Source of the DNA: Candidatus Thermofontivivens primus
GTDB taxonomy: Bacteria > Sysuimicrobiota > Sysuimicrobiia > Sysuimicrobiales > Thermofontiviventaceae
Assembly (NCBI GenBank): GCA_031458695.1
Contig: JAVKJW010000009.1
Location: 469-64,468 of the forward strand
Reading direction: 5' to 3'
DNA length: 64,000 nucleotides
Position numbers and translations under genes: made by a program. Under the pieces are notes generated by a model. That model was not told the DNA's origin and did no database searches. It worked only from the letters and a program-made list of their open reading frames with translations. Positions 11,306 to 20,950 of the stretch are shown here, one piece after another; within the stretch, counting starts at the first letter, position 1; every line of letters starts with the position of its first letter.

Positions 11306-13198
11306 TCAACTGCTTGGCTTGTACTCGGCATCGATCACTTCCCCGTCCCCGCCTCCTCCCTTCTGCTGACCACCGCTCCCTGTGCCAGTCGCAGCTTTCT
11401 TGTACATCTCCTCTGCAAGGCGGTGGGAGGCCTGCTGAAGTTCCTCGGTGAGCCGCTTGACCTCTTCGATGCTCCCTCCCTTGAGGGCGTTGCGGAGGTT
11501 CTGGAGAACGGTCTCCACCCTGGCCCGTTCGTCGGAGGGGATGCGATCGCCTACCTCCCGAAGCATCCGCTCGACCTGGTAGGCAAGGCTGTCCGCGCGG
11601 TTCCTTGCCTCAGCCTCCTCCCTCTTGCGGCGGTCCTCCTCGGCAAACCGCTCGGCCTCCTTGATCATCCTCTCCACCTCTTCCTTACTCAAGGTGGAGG
11701 TACCAGTGATCTTGATGGACTGCTCCTTATTGGTAGCGAGGTCCCTGGCCGAGACGCTCAAGATCCCGTTCACATCGATATCAAAGGTCACCTCAATCTT
11801 GGGCACGCCACGTGGAGCGGGGGGGATCCCGTCAAGGATAAAGCGCCCGAGGGTCCGGTTGTCCCTGGCCATCGGCCGTTCTCCCTGCAGGACGTGGATC
11901 TCCACGCTCGTCTGGTTATCCTCCGCGGTGGTGAAGATTTCACTCTTGCGCGTGGGGATGGTGGTGTTCCTGGGGATGAGCACGGTCATGACCCCGCCTA
12001 AGGTCTCTACACCCAGGCTCAGCGGGGTTACATCCAGGAGAACAACCTCGCGAACCTCTCCAGCAAGGACACCTGCCTGGATAGCAGCGCCGACGGCGAC
12101 GACCTCATCGGGGTGGACTTCCTTGTTGGGTTCCTTCCCCGTGAGCCTTCGGACGAGCTCCTGGACCATGGGCATCCGCGTCGCGCCCCCGACGAGGATC
12201 ACCTCGTCAATGTCCTTCTCCGTCATCCGTGCATCTGCTAGGGCTTGCTTAAAGGGCCCGATCAATCGCTCCACCAGGTCGGCCGTAAGCTGTTCGAACT
12301 TCGCCCGCGTGAGCACCATATCCAGGTGCTTGGGGCCTGTCGCATCGGCCGTGATGAAGGGTAAGTTGATAGTTGTTTGGCTCAGGGTAGAAAGCTCAAT
12401 CTTGGCACGCTCGGCAGCCTCGCGGAGGCGCTGGAGAGCCTGCCGGTCCTGGCGGAGATCGATCCCGTGCTCTTTCTTAAACTCATCCGCAAGCCAGTTG
12501 ACAATGCGCTCGTCCCAGTCATCCCCACCGAGGTGGGTGTCCCCGGAGGTGGCTTTCACCTCAAACACTCCCTCGCCGATCTCCAGAATGGAGACGTCGA
12601 AGGTGCCCCCTCCCAGGTCGAAGACGAGCACCGTTTCGGCACCTTTCTTATCCAGACCGTAGGCCAAGCAGGCAGCGGTCGGCTCGTTGATGATGCGCAG
12701 GACCTCAAATCCGGCGATCTCCCCAGCGTGTTTGGTGGCGGTTCGCTGGGCGTCATTGAAGTATGCTGGGACAGTGATCACCGCTGCTTCGATCTTCTCC
12801 CCGAGGTAAGCCTCGGCATCGGCCTTGAGCTTCTGGAGGATCATCGCCGAGATCTCCTCTGGGGTGAACCGCCGGTTCGCTGCGGGGAGGTACACGACGG
12901 CCATCCCGTTCGGGCCCTCCTCCACCTTGTACGGGACCATCCGTCGCTCCGTCTCTACTTCAGAGAACCGCCGACCCATGAACCGCTTGATGGAGTACAC
13001 GGTGTTCTCTGAGTTCAACACGGCCTGTCGTTTTGCCATCTGGCCAACGAGGCGTTCCCCGGTCTTGGTGTACGCCACCACAGAGGGGGTCAAACGGCTT
13101 CCCTCCGCGTTGGGGATGACTGTAGGCTCACCCCCGATAATGGTGGCGATAACCGAGTTGGTTGTGCCGAGATCGATCCCTACGACCCTCTTCGCCAT
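11306..13198 (-). CDS. dnaK: Hsp70 chaperone DnaK
   Basis: 630 aa with [19 protein letters not shown] and the typical Hsp70 layout. Confidence 0.97.
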   Translation of the reverse strand: MAKRVVGIDLGTTNSVIATIIGGEPTVIPNAEGSRLTPSVVAYTKTGERLVGQMAKRQAVLNSENTVYSIKRFMGRRFSEVETERRMVPYKVEEGPNGMAVVYLPAANRRFTPEEISAMILQKLKADAEAYLGEKIEAAVITVPAYFNDAQRTATKHAGEIAGFEVLRIINEPTAACLAYGLDKKGAETVLVFDLGGGTFDVSILEIGEGVFEVKATSGDTHLGGDDWDERIVNWLADEFKKEHGIDLRQDRQALQRLREAAERAKIELSTLSQTTINLPFITADATGPKHLDMVLTRAKFEQLTADLVERLIGPFKQALADARMTEKDIDEVILVGGATRMPMVQELVRRLTGKEPNKEVHPDEVVAVGAAIQAGVLAGEVREVVLLDVTPLSLGVETLGGVMTVLIPRNTTIPTRKSEIFTTAEDNQTSVEIHVLQGERPMARDNRTLGRFILDGIPPAPRGVPKIEVTFDIDVNGILSVSARDLATNKEQSIKITGTSTLSKEEVERMIKEAERFAEEDRRKREEAEARNRADSLAYQVERMLREVGDRIPSDERARVETVLQNLRNALKGGSIEEVKRLTEELQQASHRLAEEMYKKAATGTGSGGQQKGGGGDGEVIDAEYKPSS

Positions 13199-13223
13199 CT
13201 CAAGATCCCTCCTGGGTCAGTAC

Positions 13224-13574
13224 CTAGAATGTTCCTTCGTCTTTCCCAGCGGGGCGCTCCCCCTGTCCAGCGGGAGCCCGCTCCTCCCCTAAGATCCAAG
13301 CGAAGGCTTGATCCCCTGCACGCTCCTGGATCTCCAGGAGCAACTTCACTCCCGCCAGGTTCAGCCCCTTCTCCTGGGTGAGGTAGCGGATCATGCGAAC
13401 CCGCTGGATATCGCGCTCAGAATAGAGCCGGATGTTCTTCGCCGTTCGTGCCGGGCTGATCAGGCCCTTCGCTTCATAAATCCGTAGGGTTCGGGGGTGT
13501 AACCCCGTCAGGCTCGCAGCTACACTGATGACATAGACAGGTGTTTCCAGTGTTCGCTCCTTCACAAACCCCAC
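13224..13574 (-). CDS. hspR: MerR-family heat-shock repressor HspR
   Basis: 116 aa. MerR-type HTH (YVISVAASLTGLHPRTLRIYEAKGLISPARTAKNIRLYSERDI) sitting directly upstream of dnaK. GTG 13574 abuts the SD; the in-frame GTG at 13565 has better SD spacing. Confidence 0.8.
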   Translation of the reverse strand: MGFVKERTLETPVYVISVAASLTGLHPRTLRIYEAKGLISPARTAKNIRLYSERDIQRVRMIRYLTQEKGLNLAGVKLLLEIQERAGDQAFAWILGEERAPAGQGERPAGKDEGTF

Positions 13575-13603
13575 CCTCCTTCTTACCCCCTGCCGCTTTT
13601 TGT

Positions 13604-13632
13604 ATTGTATATGCTGCCAAAAATGCTGTCAA
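13604..13632 (-). promoter_or_regulatory. Sigma-70-type promoter of the hspR-dnaK-grpE-dnaJ-clpB operon
   Basis: Minus strand reads TTGACA (13632-13627), 17-nt spacer, TACAAT (13609-13604), about 30 nt upstream of the hspR start. Confidence 0.55.
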
Positions 13633-13682
13633 GTATCTTGCAAATTTCATTTATAAAAACCTAGACCTCACCTTGACAGCAT
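13623..13682. repeat. Perfect 11-bp inverted repeat ATGCTGTCAAG / CTTGACAGCAT with 38-nt spacer, overlapping the hspR -35
   Basis: Arms at 13623-13633 and 13672-13682 are exact reverse complements. A third ATGCTG copy lies at 13611-13616. Confidence 0.5.
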
Positions 13683-13752
13683 AGAGGGAATAGGGGAAGG
13701 GGGCTCTTTCGTTGAAACTACTGATGCGTGACCCATCGGGGAGGTGAAAGGG

Positions 13753-14685
13753 ATGGGGGACAGGAAACGTGTGATCATCCTCGGTTCGGGCCCAGCCGGC
13801 TTGACCGCGGCCATCTATACTGCTAGGGCAGGGCTTCACCCTCTCGTCATTGAGGGTTCTGCCCCAGGGGGGCAATTGATGCTCACAACCATGGTAGAAA
13901 ACTTCCCGGGTTTCCCGGAGGGGATCATGGGCCCTGACCTCATGAGCGCGATGCGGCAACAGGCAGAACGCGTGGGGGCCGAGTTCGTCACCGAGGATGC
14001 GGTCTCTGTAGACCTTACCCGGCGCCCTTTCACCGTGACCGTCCAGAGTGGGGAAAGGTACGAGGCGGATGCGTTGATCATTGCAACAGGGGCATCTGCA
14101 AAGATGCTCGGGTTACCCTCCGAGCAGGCCTTGCTGGGTCATGGCGTCTCCACGTGTGCGACCTGTGACGGGTTCTTCTTCAAGAACAAGCGCGTCGTCG
14201 TGGTAGGGGGAGGGGATTCTGCCATGGAGGAAGCTCTCTTCCTCGCAGAGCTCGCGAGCTCGGTCACGGTGATCCATAGAAGGGACCAACTGAGAGCTTC
14301 CAAAATTCTCCAGGACCGTGCAATGGCTCATCCAAAGATCTCCTTCATCTGGAACAGCGTGGTCGAAGAGATCCTTGATCCAGAGGCCAAAAGGGTGCAG
14401 GCGGTTCGAATCCGCAACGTGGTAGATGGAACGGTAACGACCTATCCAACCGACGGTGTCTTCATCGCCATTGGGCATGTTCCCAACACGCAGATCTTCC
14501 GTGGCCAGCTGGAACTCGATGAGAAGGGATACATTGTCCTGCGGGAACGCACGATGACCAGTGTTCCAGGTGTATTCGCGGCTGGGGATGTCCACGACCA
14601 CGTGTACCGACAGGCTGTGACAGCTGCAGGGTTTGGATGCATGGCAGCCATCGACTGCGAGCGGTGGTTGAAGACACAGGGATAA
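13753..14685 (+). CDS. trxB: Thioredoxin-disulfide reductase
   Basis: FAD motif GSGPAG, redox centre CATCDG, NADPH motif GGGDSA. ATG 13753 follows GGAGGTG (13739-13745); the track start 13744 is a GTG inside the SD. Confidence 0.93.
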   Translation: MGDRKRVIILGSGPAGLTAAIYTARAGLHPLVIEGSAPGGQLMLTTMVENFPGFPEGIMGPDLMSAMRQQAERVGAEFVTEDAVSVDLTRRPFTVTVQSGERYEADALIIATGASAKMLGLPSEQALLGHGVSTCATCDGFFFKNKRVVVVGGGDSAMEEALFLAELASSVTVIHRRDQLRASKILQDRAMAHPKISFIWNSVVEEILDPEAKRVQAVRIRNVVDGTVTTYPTDGVFIAIGHVPNTQIFRGQLELDEKGYIVLRERTMTSVPGVFAAGDVHDHVYRQAVTAAGFGCMAAIDCERWLKTQG

Positions 14686-14839
14686 TGAAGGTTTTTGGCG
14701 GCTTGGTGTGGGCTTCGCCCTTGATTCCCGGGGGTGCTTCAGCGCTCCCAGCGGGTTCTATACGATGTTTACTGGAGACCCAACTCCCATCCTGTAAGGG
14801 AGGGAGGCGGCAAAGGCTTTCGATGTTTGCCAAGGGTGG

Positions 14840-15181
14840 TTAAGAGGCGTCGGTATTGAGGGCTTTCTCAATCCGGCGCTTGAGCTCGGCCTTGGGCATG
14901 TACCCCACAATGCGGGCCACCATCTCTCCGCCCCGGAAAACGCCGACTGTGGGGATGCTCATAATCCCGTAGCGCTGGGCGAGACCCATGTTCTCGTCGA
15001 CATCTACCTTTGCTACCTTGATTTTCCCCTCATACTCCGCGGCAAGCTCCTCGATAATAGGTGCGAGGAGGCGACAGGGGCCGCACCACGCAGCCCAAAA
15101 ATCGACGATCGCAGGGGTCTCTGAGTGAATGATCTCACGATCGAAATTTTCTTCGCTCACGGAAATCGGCTTTCCAGGCAT
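14840..15181 (-). CDS. trxA: Thioredoxin
   Basis: 113 aa with WCGPC active site and the canonical thioredoxin length. Confidence 0.93.
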   Translation of the reverse strand: MPGKPISVSEENFDREIIHSETPAIVDFWAAWCGPCRLLAPIIEELAAEYEGKIKVAKVDVDENMGLAQRYGIMSIPTVGVFRGGEMVARIVGYMPKAELKRRIEKALNTDAS

Positions 15182-15311
15182 TCCTCAAAACCTCCCCTCC
15201 CCATGCGATCTCTCCCCCAGATGATTCGTGGACTCTCTCCCCCGACGGTTTGTGTCTCCGGGGACTCGGCAATTCAGAATCTGGTCTATTCATTCAACTC
15301 CTGGCGAGGCC

Positions 15312-15340
15312 ATTTTATTCCAGGAGTTCCCTTCCGTCAA
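15312..15340 (-). promoter_or_regulatory. Candidate trxA promoter
   Basis: Minus strand reads TTGACG (15340-15335), 17 nt, TAAAAT (15317-15312). This would give a leader of about 120 nt. Confidence 0.35.
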
Positions 15341-15381
15341 CGGAATCCCTCGCGCATGGCGATTTCCACTTTTCTGTGCCG

Positions 15382-15924
15382 CTATGTCGCCAGAAGTGCG
15401 AGGAGAAGACCCATGGCAAGAAGGACGAGAAACACCGGAAGGCACCCAAGGGGGCGCCGTCCCTCACCTCCATGGGGTTGGCGGAGAGATAGCCGGGTGG
15501 CCTTCTTAAACTCCGAAACCGCCAGGTCTATGCGACCTATGCGCTTGTAGGCAATGCCGAGGTTCTGATGAGCGATCCAGTAATTCGGATCAAGCTCGAT
15601 CGCCCGCTGGTAGGAGGCGATCGCCTCCTCCACCTTGCCCATCTCCAGGAGGACGTTGCCGATATTGCTATGGACGCTGGGAATTCGGGGATCCAATTGC
15701 TTCGCCCGTTCAAGCTCCCCAAGGGCCTCTTCATAGCGACCTTGGCGGGCATACACGACTCCGAGCTTGCTATGTGCCACAGCAGAGTCTGGGGCGCGCG
15801 CCACAGCCTCTCGGAAAGTCTCCATTGCCTTCTCCAGCTCCCCTTGCTGGAGGTAATCATCCCCCTCATCCAGGAGGGCTCGGATCGTGTCCGCATGGCC
15901 TGCCTTCCCTGTCACGACCTTCAC
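15382..15924 (-). CDS. TPR-repeat protein with C-terminal membrane anchor
   Basis: About four 34-aa TPR-like units (AHSKLGVVYARQGRYEEALGELERAKQLDP etc.) and a hydrophobic tail LGCLPVFLVLLAMGLLLALLAT. GTG start. Confidence 0.7.
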   Translation of the reverse strand: MKVVTGKAGHADTIRALLDEGDDYLQQGELEKAMETFREAVARAPDSAVAHSKLGVVYARQGRYEEALGELERAKQLDPRIPSVHSNIGNVLLEMGKVEEAIASYQRAIELDPNYWIAHQNLGIAYKRIGRIDLAVSEFKKATRLSLRQPHGGEGRRPLGCLPVFLVLLAMGLLLALLAT

Positions 15925-16096
15925 TCACCTCAATCCGGGGAAATCAAGAGGATTGCTGTAACCTGCTCCCTTCGTTTCAGTAGCCCTAGCAGCGTCAAAA
16001 GCTGTGGCCGGGCTACCTCCCAAAAATAACTTCGACAGACGCGGGCCTTCTCCCAACACCCTTCCCATTGTAGAGAACCGTGTCTTAGGCAGATGA

Positions 16097-16564
16097 TCAA
16101 CGCAGGGAGGCCCACAACGGAAGGTCATCAACCCTTGGAGGACTCGGGTTAAGCGCAGCATCCGCTGCAGAGAGTGCCTCCCGGTTTTGCTCGCGCGGGA
16201 TCGCCCGTACGGAGGACCTGCGAAAGGCGTTGAGCAGTGCCCTTACCTGCAAGTAGCTCCCAATGAATTCGGGGGTCACCTCCGCCAACCCGTTTACCTG
16301 CTCGACAACCGTGGTAAGGTCACAGAAGATCTCCACGTGCTTTGCTCCAAGCTTCCGTGCCCGCCATAACCCGTGAAGGATCGCCCGGTATCCTAGGGCC
16401 ACCTCTGACATCTTCCCCGAAGGCATGCTGGGTTGCGCTCCTTGAATGTCGAAGGTTCTCCCGAGACGACGGATTGGCTGCCCTACCTCATCCTTGAGGA
16501 CGAGGCCAATTGCACCCCTTCCATCTTCCTGGATCCCTGTGGCATAGATCGAAATTTTCATCAT
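16097..16564 (-). CDS. RNase H-fold (RNase HI / RVT_3-like) protein, possibly catalytically degenerate
   Basis: 155 aa. Layout resembles archaeal/bacterial type 1 RNase H (ISIYATG..., SEVALGYRAILHGL, HVEIFCDLTTVV, IPREQNREAL), but the first and last carboxylate positions look substituted. Confidence 0.6.
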   Translation of the reverse strand: MMKISIYATGIQEDGRGAIGLVLKDEVGQPIRRLGRTFDIQGAQPSMPSGKMSEVALGYRAILHGLWRARKLGAKHVEIFCDLTTVVEQVNGLAEVTPEFIGSYLQVRALLNAFRRSSVRAIPREQNREALSAADAALNPSPPRVDDLPLWASLR

Positions 16565-16616
16565 AGATGATCGGAAGATCCTCCGAAATTGGCGTAACTC
16601 GTTCAGGTCCGATCAA

Positions 16617-16645
16617 ATTATAGCGAACATTTGTTTGTATGTCAA
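16617..16645 (-). promoter_or_regulatory. Full-consensus sigma-70 promoter upstream of the RNase H-fold gene
   Basis: Minus strand reads TTGACA (16645-16640), exactly 17 nt, TATAAT (16622-16617). The -35 overlaps the gcvPB stop codon. Confidence 0.6.
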
Positions 16646-18102
16646 GTGGGTCTCCAGCGGAGGTTTGGATTGCGGGCTGCCTGGACCTCGTCGAGGCGTT
16701 TCACAGGGGTGGTGTGGGGAGCTGACCTCACCAGCTCGGGGTTGGTCGCGGCCTCCTCTGCAATGCGCCGCATAGCCTCAGCAAACGCATCCAGGGTCTT
16801 GCGGGTCTCCGTCTCCGTAGGCTCGATCATGATCGCTTCCTCAACGATCAGGGGGAAGTAAATCGTAGGAGCATGGTATCCGTAGTCCAGGAGGCGTTTG
16901 GCCATATCCCGGGTAGTGACCCCGTATTCCTTTTTCTGTCTCCGCCCCGAGAGAACGAACTCGTGTTTGCACAGGCGATTGTACGGAAGGTCGAAGTACG
17001 GCCGCAGGAGGGTGAGGAGATAATTTGCATTGAGGACTGCCGTTTCCGCCACCTGGCGAAGCCCTTCCCCTCCTAAGGCGCGGATATAAGCATAGGCACG
17101 CACAAGAACAGCAAAATTCCCATAGAAGGCCCGGATCTTCCCAATAGTCTTGGGACGGTTGTAGTTCAAGTAGAACCTCTCCCCCTCACGCTCCACTGTA
17201 GGAACAGGGAGGTAAGGGGCGAGGACATTCTTCACCCCAACCGGCCCTGCGCCTGGTCCTCCTCCCCCATGAGGGGTGGAGAATGTCTTGTGCAGATTGA
17301 AGTGCATCACATCAAACCCTTGATCGCCAGGCCGCGTGATTCCCAACATGGCGTTAAGGTTTGCCCCGTCCAGGTAAAGGAAGGCACCATATCCGTGAAC
17401 GATCTCTTCGATCTCCAGAATATGTTCCTCGAACAGGCCAAGGGTATTAGGGTTGGTGAGCATGAAGGCAGCAACTTGCTCGTCCATGACCTGGCGCAGG
17501 TGCTGGATATCCACATTCCCGCGATCATCGGACCGCACTACCACAACTTGGTATCCACACATCGCCGCGCTGGCAGGGTTAGTTCCATGGGCGCTATCTG
17601 GGACGACAACCTTGGTCCGCCTTTCCCCCCGATCCTCCAGGGCAGCCCGGATCATCATCAGTGCTGTGAGCTCCCCGTGGGCCCCCGCTGCAGGTTGAAA
17701 TGTGACCCTGTCCATCCCGCTGATTTCGCAGAGGAGTTGTTCAAGTTCCCACATGAGTCGAAGGGCTCCCTGGGCGAGCTCTTCTGGGGCATATGGATGG
17801 AGCCGGGAAAACCCAGGCAACCTGGCGGCGTCCTCGTTGATCTTGGGGTTGTACTTCATGGTACAAGACCCCAAGGGGTAAAAGCCAAGGTCAACCGCGT
17901 AGTTTCGCCTGGAAAGCCAAGTGAAATGGCGGACGACCTCAGGCTCGCTTACCTCGGGAAACTCCGGAGGCCTCTCTCGGAGATAGTCCTTGGGGATGAT
18001 CTCCTCGAGAGGAACGACGGGAACGTCAGGGTCTGGGAACCGCGTCGCCACCCGTCCAGGCACGCTTTCTTCAAAGATCAAGGGGACCTCCCGTGGATTC
18101 AC
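16642..18102 (-). CDS. gcvPB: Glycine dehydrogenase (decarboxylating) subunit 2
   Basis: PLP-dependent P-protein beta subunit. Trimmed to GTG 18102, which overlaps the gcvPA stop as GTGA and follows GAAGGAGGTG. The resulting N-terminus [13 protein letters not shown] fits the family. Confidence 0.93.
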   Translation of the reverse strand: MNPREVPLIFEESVPGRVATRFPDPDVPVVPLEEIIPKDYLRERPPEFPEVSEPEVVRHFTWLSRRNYAVDLGFYPLGSCTMKYNPKINEDAARLPGFSRLHPYAPEELAQGALRLMWELEQLLCEISGMDRVTFQPAAGAHGELTALMMIRAALEDRGERRTKVVVPDSAHGTNPASAAMCGYQVVVVRSDDRGNVDIQHLRQVMDEQVAAFMLTNPNTLGLFEEHILEIEEIVHGYGAFLYLDGANLNAMLGITRPGDQGFDVMHFNLHKTFSTPHGGGGPGAGPVGVKNVLAPYLPVPTVEREGERFYLNYNRPKTIGKIRAFYGNFAVLVRAYAYIRALGGEGLRQVAETAVLNANYLLTLLRPYFDLPYNRLCKHEFVLSGRRQKKEYGVTTRDMAKRLLDYGYHAPTIYFPLIVEEAIMIEPTETETRKTLDAFAEAMRRIAEEAATNPELVRSAPHTTPVKRLDEVQAARNPNLRWRPT

Positions 18103-19451
18103 GCTGCCACCTCCTTCACCAGGTCCACGAACCGATCGATCTCGTCCCTGGACCTTGCTTCGGTCACACATAGGAGCCACCCATCGGCGAGCTCAGGGTA
18201 GAACCTCCCAAGAGGTAACCCCCCAATGATCCCATGGGGCAGAAGCCTCCGATTCAGTTCCTCGGGTGGGAGGGGGCAGCGTACGACGAACTCATGAAAA
18301 GTAGGTGTCCGAAATGCCAGGGAGAAGCCTTGGATCTCTCTTATCCTGGTTTTCGCGTAGTGTGCCTTCCGGAGGTTCAGCTCCGCGACCTTCTGAATTC
18401 CTTGTTTCCCTAGGGCAACCATGTAGATGGCTGCAGCCAAGGCGTTGAGAGATTCGTTCGTGCAGATATTGCTTGTGGCCTTTTCCCTGCGGATGTGTTG
18501 TTCCCGCGTCTGAAGGGTGAGAACGAATCCCTTTCTCCCCTCCACATCCACAGTTGCGCCTACGAGCCGGCCTGGTATACGCCGTACATATTCTTGGCGC
18601 GTTGCCATCATTCCAAGGTAGGGCCCACCGAAGTTTAAGTGGTTCCCGAGAGGCTGGCCTTCCCCTGCCACAATATCCGCCCCATACTCCCCAGGTGGTC
18701 GTAAAATCCCCATGGCCAGAGGTTCTCCGATCCCCACGACGAGTAGAGCCCCGTGCCGGTGGGCTAGGTCGCTTGCAGTTTGCCCGTCCTCGATGCACCC
18801 GAAAAAGTTGGGGATCTGCAGGACCAGCGCGGCTACCTGCTCTGAAAGGAGATCCCTGGCGACATCGAGGTCTGTTACACCTTCCTGTAGGGGTACCTCC
18901 ACAATCTCCATACCGAGGTGCCGCGTATATGTCTGGATCACCTGCCGGTACTCTGGATGGACCGCGCGGGAGACCAGGATCCGGTTCCTCCGGGTGAGAT
19001 CACGCGCCATCACCGTCGCCTCTGCAAGCGCGCTTGCACCGTCGTACATCGACGCGTTAGCGACATCCATCGCCAGGAGTTCACAGAGCAACGTTTGGTA
19101 CTCGTAGATCGCCTGTAGCTCCCCTTGCATGATCTCCGCTTGGTAGGGGGTATAAGCAGTTAGGAATTCTCCACGGGACGCCAAGTGCCACACGACGCTG
19201 GGCACATAGTGATCATAGGCACCTGCGCCCAGAAAGCAGGTGTACCGGTCACAATGGCCGTTTTGATCTGCCAGCCCCCGTAAGAGGGCCCACAGTTCCA
19301 GATCAGAGAGGGGAGGTTCGATGTTCAGCGGCCTTTTGAGGCGCACAGCAGGAGGGATATCAGCGAACAAAGCCTCAATGGAGTCCACGCCAATGACCCG
19401 GAGCATCTCTTGACGTTCTTCCTCTGTCACAGGAATGTACTGGACGGGCAT
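18099..19451 (-). CDS. gcvPA: Glycine dehydrogenase (decarboxylating) subunit 1
   Basis: 450 aa. [17 protein letters not shown]... is the typical P-protein alpha N-terminus, and the gene sits within the gcv cluster. Confidence 0.93.
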   Translation of the reverse strand: MPVQYIPVTEEERQEMLRVIGVDSIEALFADIPPAVRLKRPLNIEPPLSDLELWALLRGLADQNGHCDRYTCFLGAGAYDHYVPSVVWHLASRGEFLTAYTPYQAEIMQGELQAIYEYQTLLCELLAMDVANASMYDGASALAEATVMARDLTRRNRILVSRAVHPEYRQVIQTYTRHLGMEIVEVPLQEGVTDLDVARDLLSEQVAALVLQIPNFFGCIEDGQTASDLAHRHGALLVVGIGEPLAMGILRPPGEYGADIVAGEGQPLGNHLNFGGPYLGMMATRQEYVRRIPGRLVGATVDVEGRKGFVLTLQTREQHIRREKATSNICTNESLNALAAAIYMVALGKQGIQKVAELNLRKAHYAKTRIREIQGFSLAFRTPTFHEFVVRCPLPPEELNRRLLPHGIIGGLPLGRFYPELADGWLLCVTEARSRDEIDRFVDLVKEVAA

Positions 19452-19452
19452 C

Positions 19453-19833
19453 TCACGCCTCCCCGATAAGCTTTAGGTACTCGTCACGGCCTAGGAGTTT
19501 TTGTAGTTCGGAGAGATCGGTCGGTTCAATGACAACGAGCCATCCTTCGCCATAGGGATCCTGGTTGAGGATCTCGGGGTGGTCCTTGAGGGCCTCATTC
19601 ACTTCCACAACCTTCCCACTCACAGGCGCGTAGAGATCAGAGACGGCTTTGACCGACTCCACCACGCCAAAGGGCTGCATGAACTGTACCTCTGTACCCA
19701 CCGGTGGGAGCTCCACGAACACAACGTCGGAAAGTCGGTCAGCGGCGAACTTGGTGATCCCCACGCGCACCCGGCCATTCTCTAAACGCGCCCACTCGTG
19801 CTCTGTAGAATATCGCAGCTCCTCCGGGTACAT
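19453..19833 (-). CDS. gcvH: Glycine cleavage system H protein
   Basis: Lipoyl-lysine motif VESVKAVSD. ATG 19833 follows AGGAGGTG; the track start 19848 lies inside the SD. Confidence 0.93.
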   Translation of the reverse strand: MYPEELRYSTEHEWARLENGRVRVGITKFAADRLSDVVFVELPPVGTEVQFMQPFGVVESVKAVSDLYAPVSGKVVEVNEALKDHPEILNQDPYGEGWLVVIEPTDLSELQKLLGRDEYLKLIGEA

Positions 19834-19844
19834 TCCCCACCTCC

Positions 19845-20942
19845 TCATGCAGGACGCTTGTAGAAAGGCAACTTCACAACCTCCGCAGGCACCGGTCGCC
19901 CGCGGATTTCAATAGCCAAATGGGTCCCAGGCTCCGCCATACCGATGGGGACATATCCCATCGCAATGTTCTTGTCAAGGGTAGGAGCATATGACCCGCT
20001 GGTGACGTGACCAACGGGGCTTCCATTCTTGAGAATTTTGTATCCCGTCCGGGGGATGGCCCGCTCCACTGTCACCATTCCCACAAGACGGCGCTTCACG
20101 CCTTCCTCGCGCTGGGCCAGGAGTGCCGATCGGCCAATAAACTCTCCCTTCTCAAACTTCACCGTCCACCCTAGGCCGGCTTCGAGGGGTGTGGTCGTCC
20201 TATCCATATCCTGGCCGTAGAGCAGGTAACCCGCCTCAAGGCGCAGGGTGTCGCGCGCCCCCAGCCCTGCAGGGCGTACCCCTGCATGCCATCCTACTTC
20301 TAGAAGAGCCCCCCAGATCACGGGGGCATCCTCTGGGCGACAGAAGATTTCAAACCCATCCTCTCCGGTATACCCGGTCCGTGCCACCATCACAGGATAC
20401 CCAGCTACCCGGCAACTCGGGAGGAATCCGAACCTCGGGAGCGCAGAGAGCTCTCCATCACACAACTCCTGGAGGATAGCCAAGCTCTTGGGCCCCTGAA
20501 GAGCAAGGAGGGAGATCTCCTCCGACCGATTGACGACTGTGGTTCCGGGAAGGGCATGGTCCTTCATCCAGGCGTAGTCACCATCTGTGGTGGCAGCATT
20601 GACTACCACCAGAAAGCGCGCCTCCTCAACCATGTACACGATGAGGTCATCAACGATCCCCCCCTCTTCTGTGCACATGGGGGTGTAAAGCGCCCGACCA
20701 GGTCGGAGGCGTCCGAGGTCGTTGGTGATCAAGCGCTGGACGGTCTCAAACGCAGAAGGCCCGGTGAACTCGACCTCACCCATATGGGAGACGTCAAAGA
20801 GCCCCGCGTTCGTGCGCACTGCTCGGTGTTCTTCGACGATGCTCGTATACTGAAGAGGCATCGCCCAGCCAGCGAACTCCACCATGCGTGCGCCGAGGTT
20901 GCAGTGGGTTTCGTAGAGAGGGGTCCGCTTCGGCTCTCCCAT
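19845..20942 (-). CDS. gcvT: Aminomethyltransferase (glycine cleavage T protein)
   Basis: RTPLYETHCNLGARMVEFAGWAMPLQY... ATG 20942 follows GAGGAG and lies after the upstream gene's stop. Confidence 0.93.
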   Translation of the reverse strand: MGEPKRTPLYETHCNLGARMVEFAGWAMPLQYTSIVEEHRAVRTNAGLFDVSHMGEVEFTGPSAFETVQRLITNDLGRLRPGRALYTPMCTEEGGIVDDLIVYMVEEARFLVVVNAATTDGDYAWMKDHALPGTTVVNRSEEISLLALQGPKSLAILQELCDGELSALPRFGFLPSCRVAGYPVMVARTGYTGEDGFEIFCRPEDAPVIWGALLEVGWHAGVRPAGLGARDTLRLEAGYLLYGQDMDRTTTPLEAGLGWTVKFEKGEFIGRSALLAQREEGVKRRLVGMVTVERAIPRTGYKILKNGSPVGHVTSGSYAPTLDKNIAMGYVPIGMAEPGTHLAIEIRGRPVPAEVVKLPFYKRPA

Positions 20943-20950
20943 CGATCTCC

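Noticed and set aside
11093-12662. Long plus-strand ORFs (302 aa at 11093-12001, 345 aa at 11625-12662, 211 aa at 12377-13012)
   Set aside because: They are entirely antisense to the unmistakable grpE/dnaK coding sequence. Their composition is low-complexity and Arg/Ser/Pro/Gly-rich, as expected for shadow frames in GC-rich DNA. There are no SD motifs or recognisable domains.
14686-14839. Terminators in the convergent trxB/trxA gap
   Set aside because: Several short stems exist (for example GGCAAA..TTTGCC and GGGGGTGC-TTCA-GCGCTCCC), but none has a U-tract on either strand. They are too ambiguous to call.
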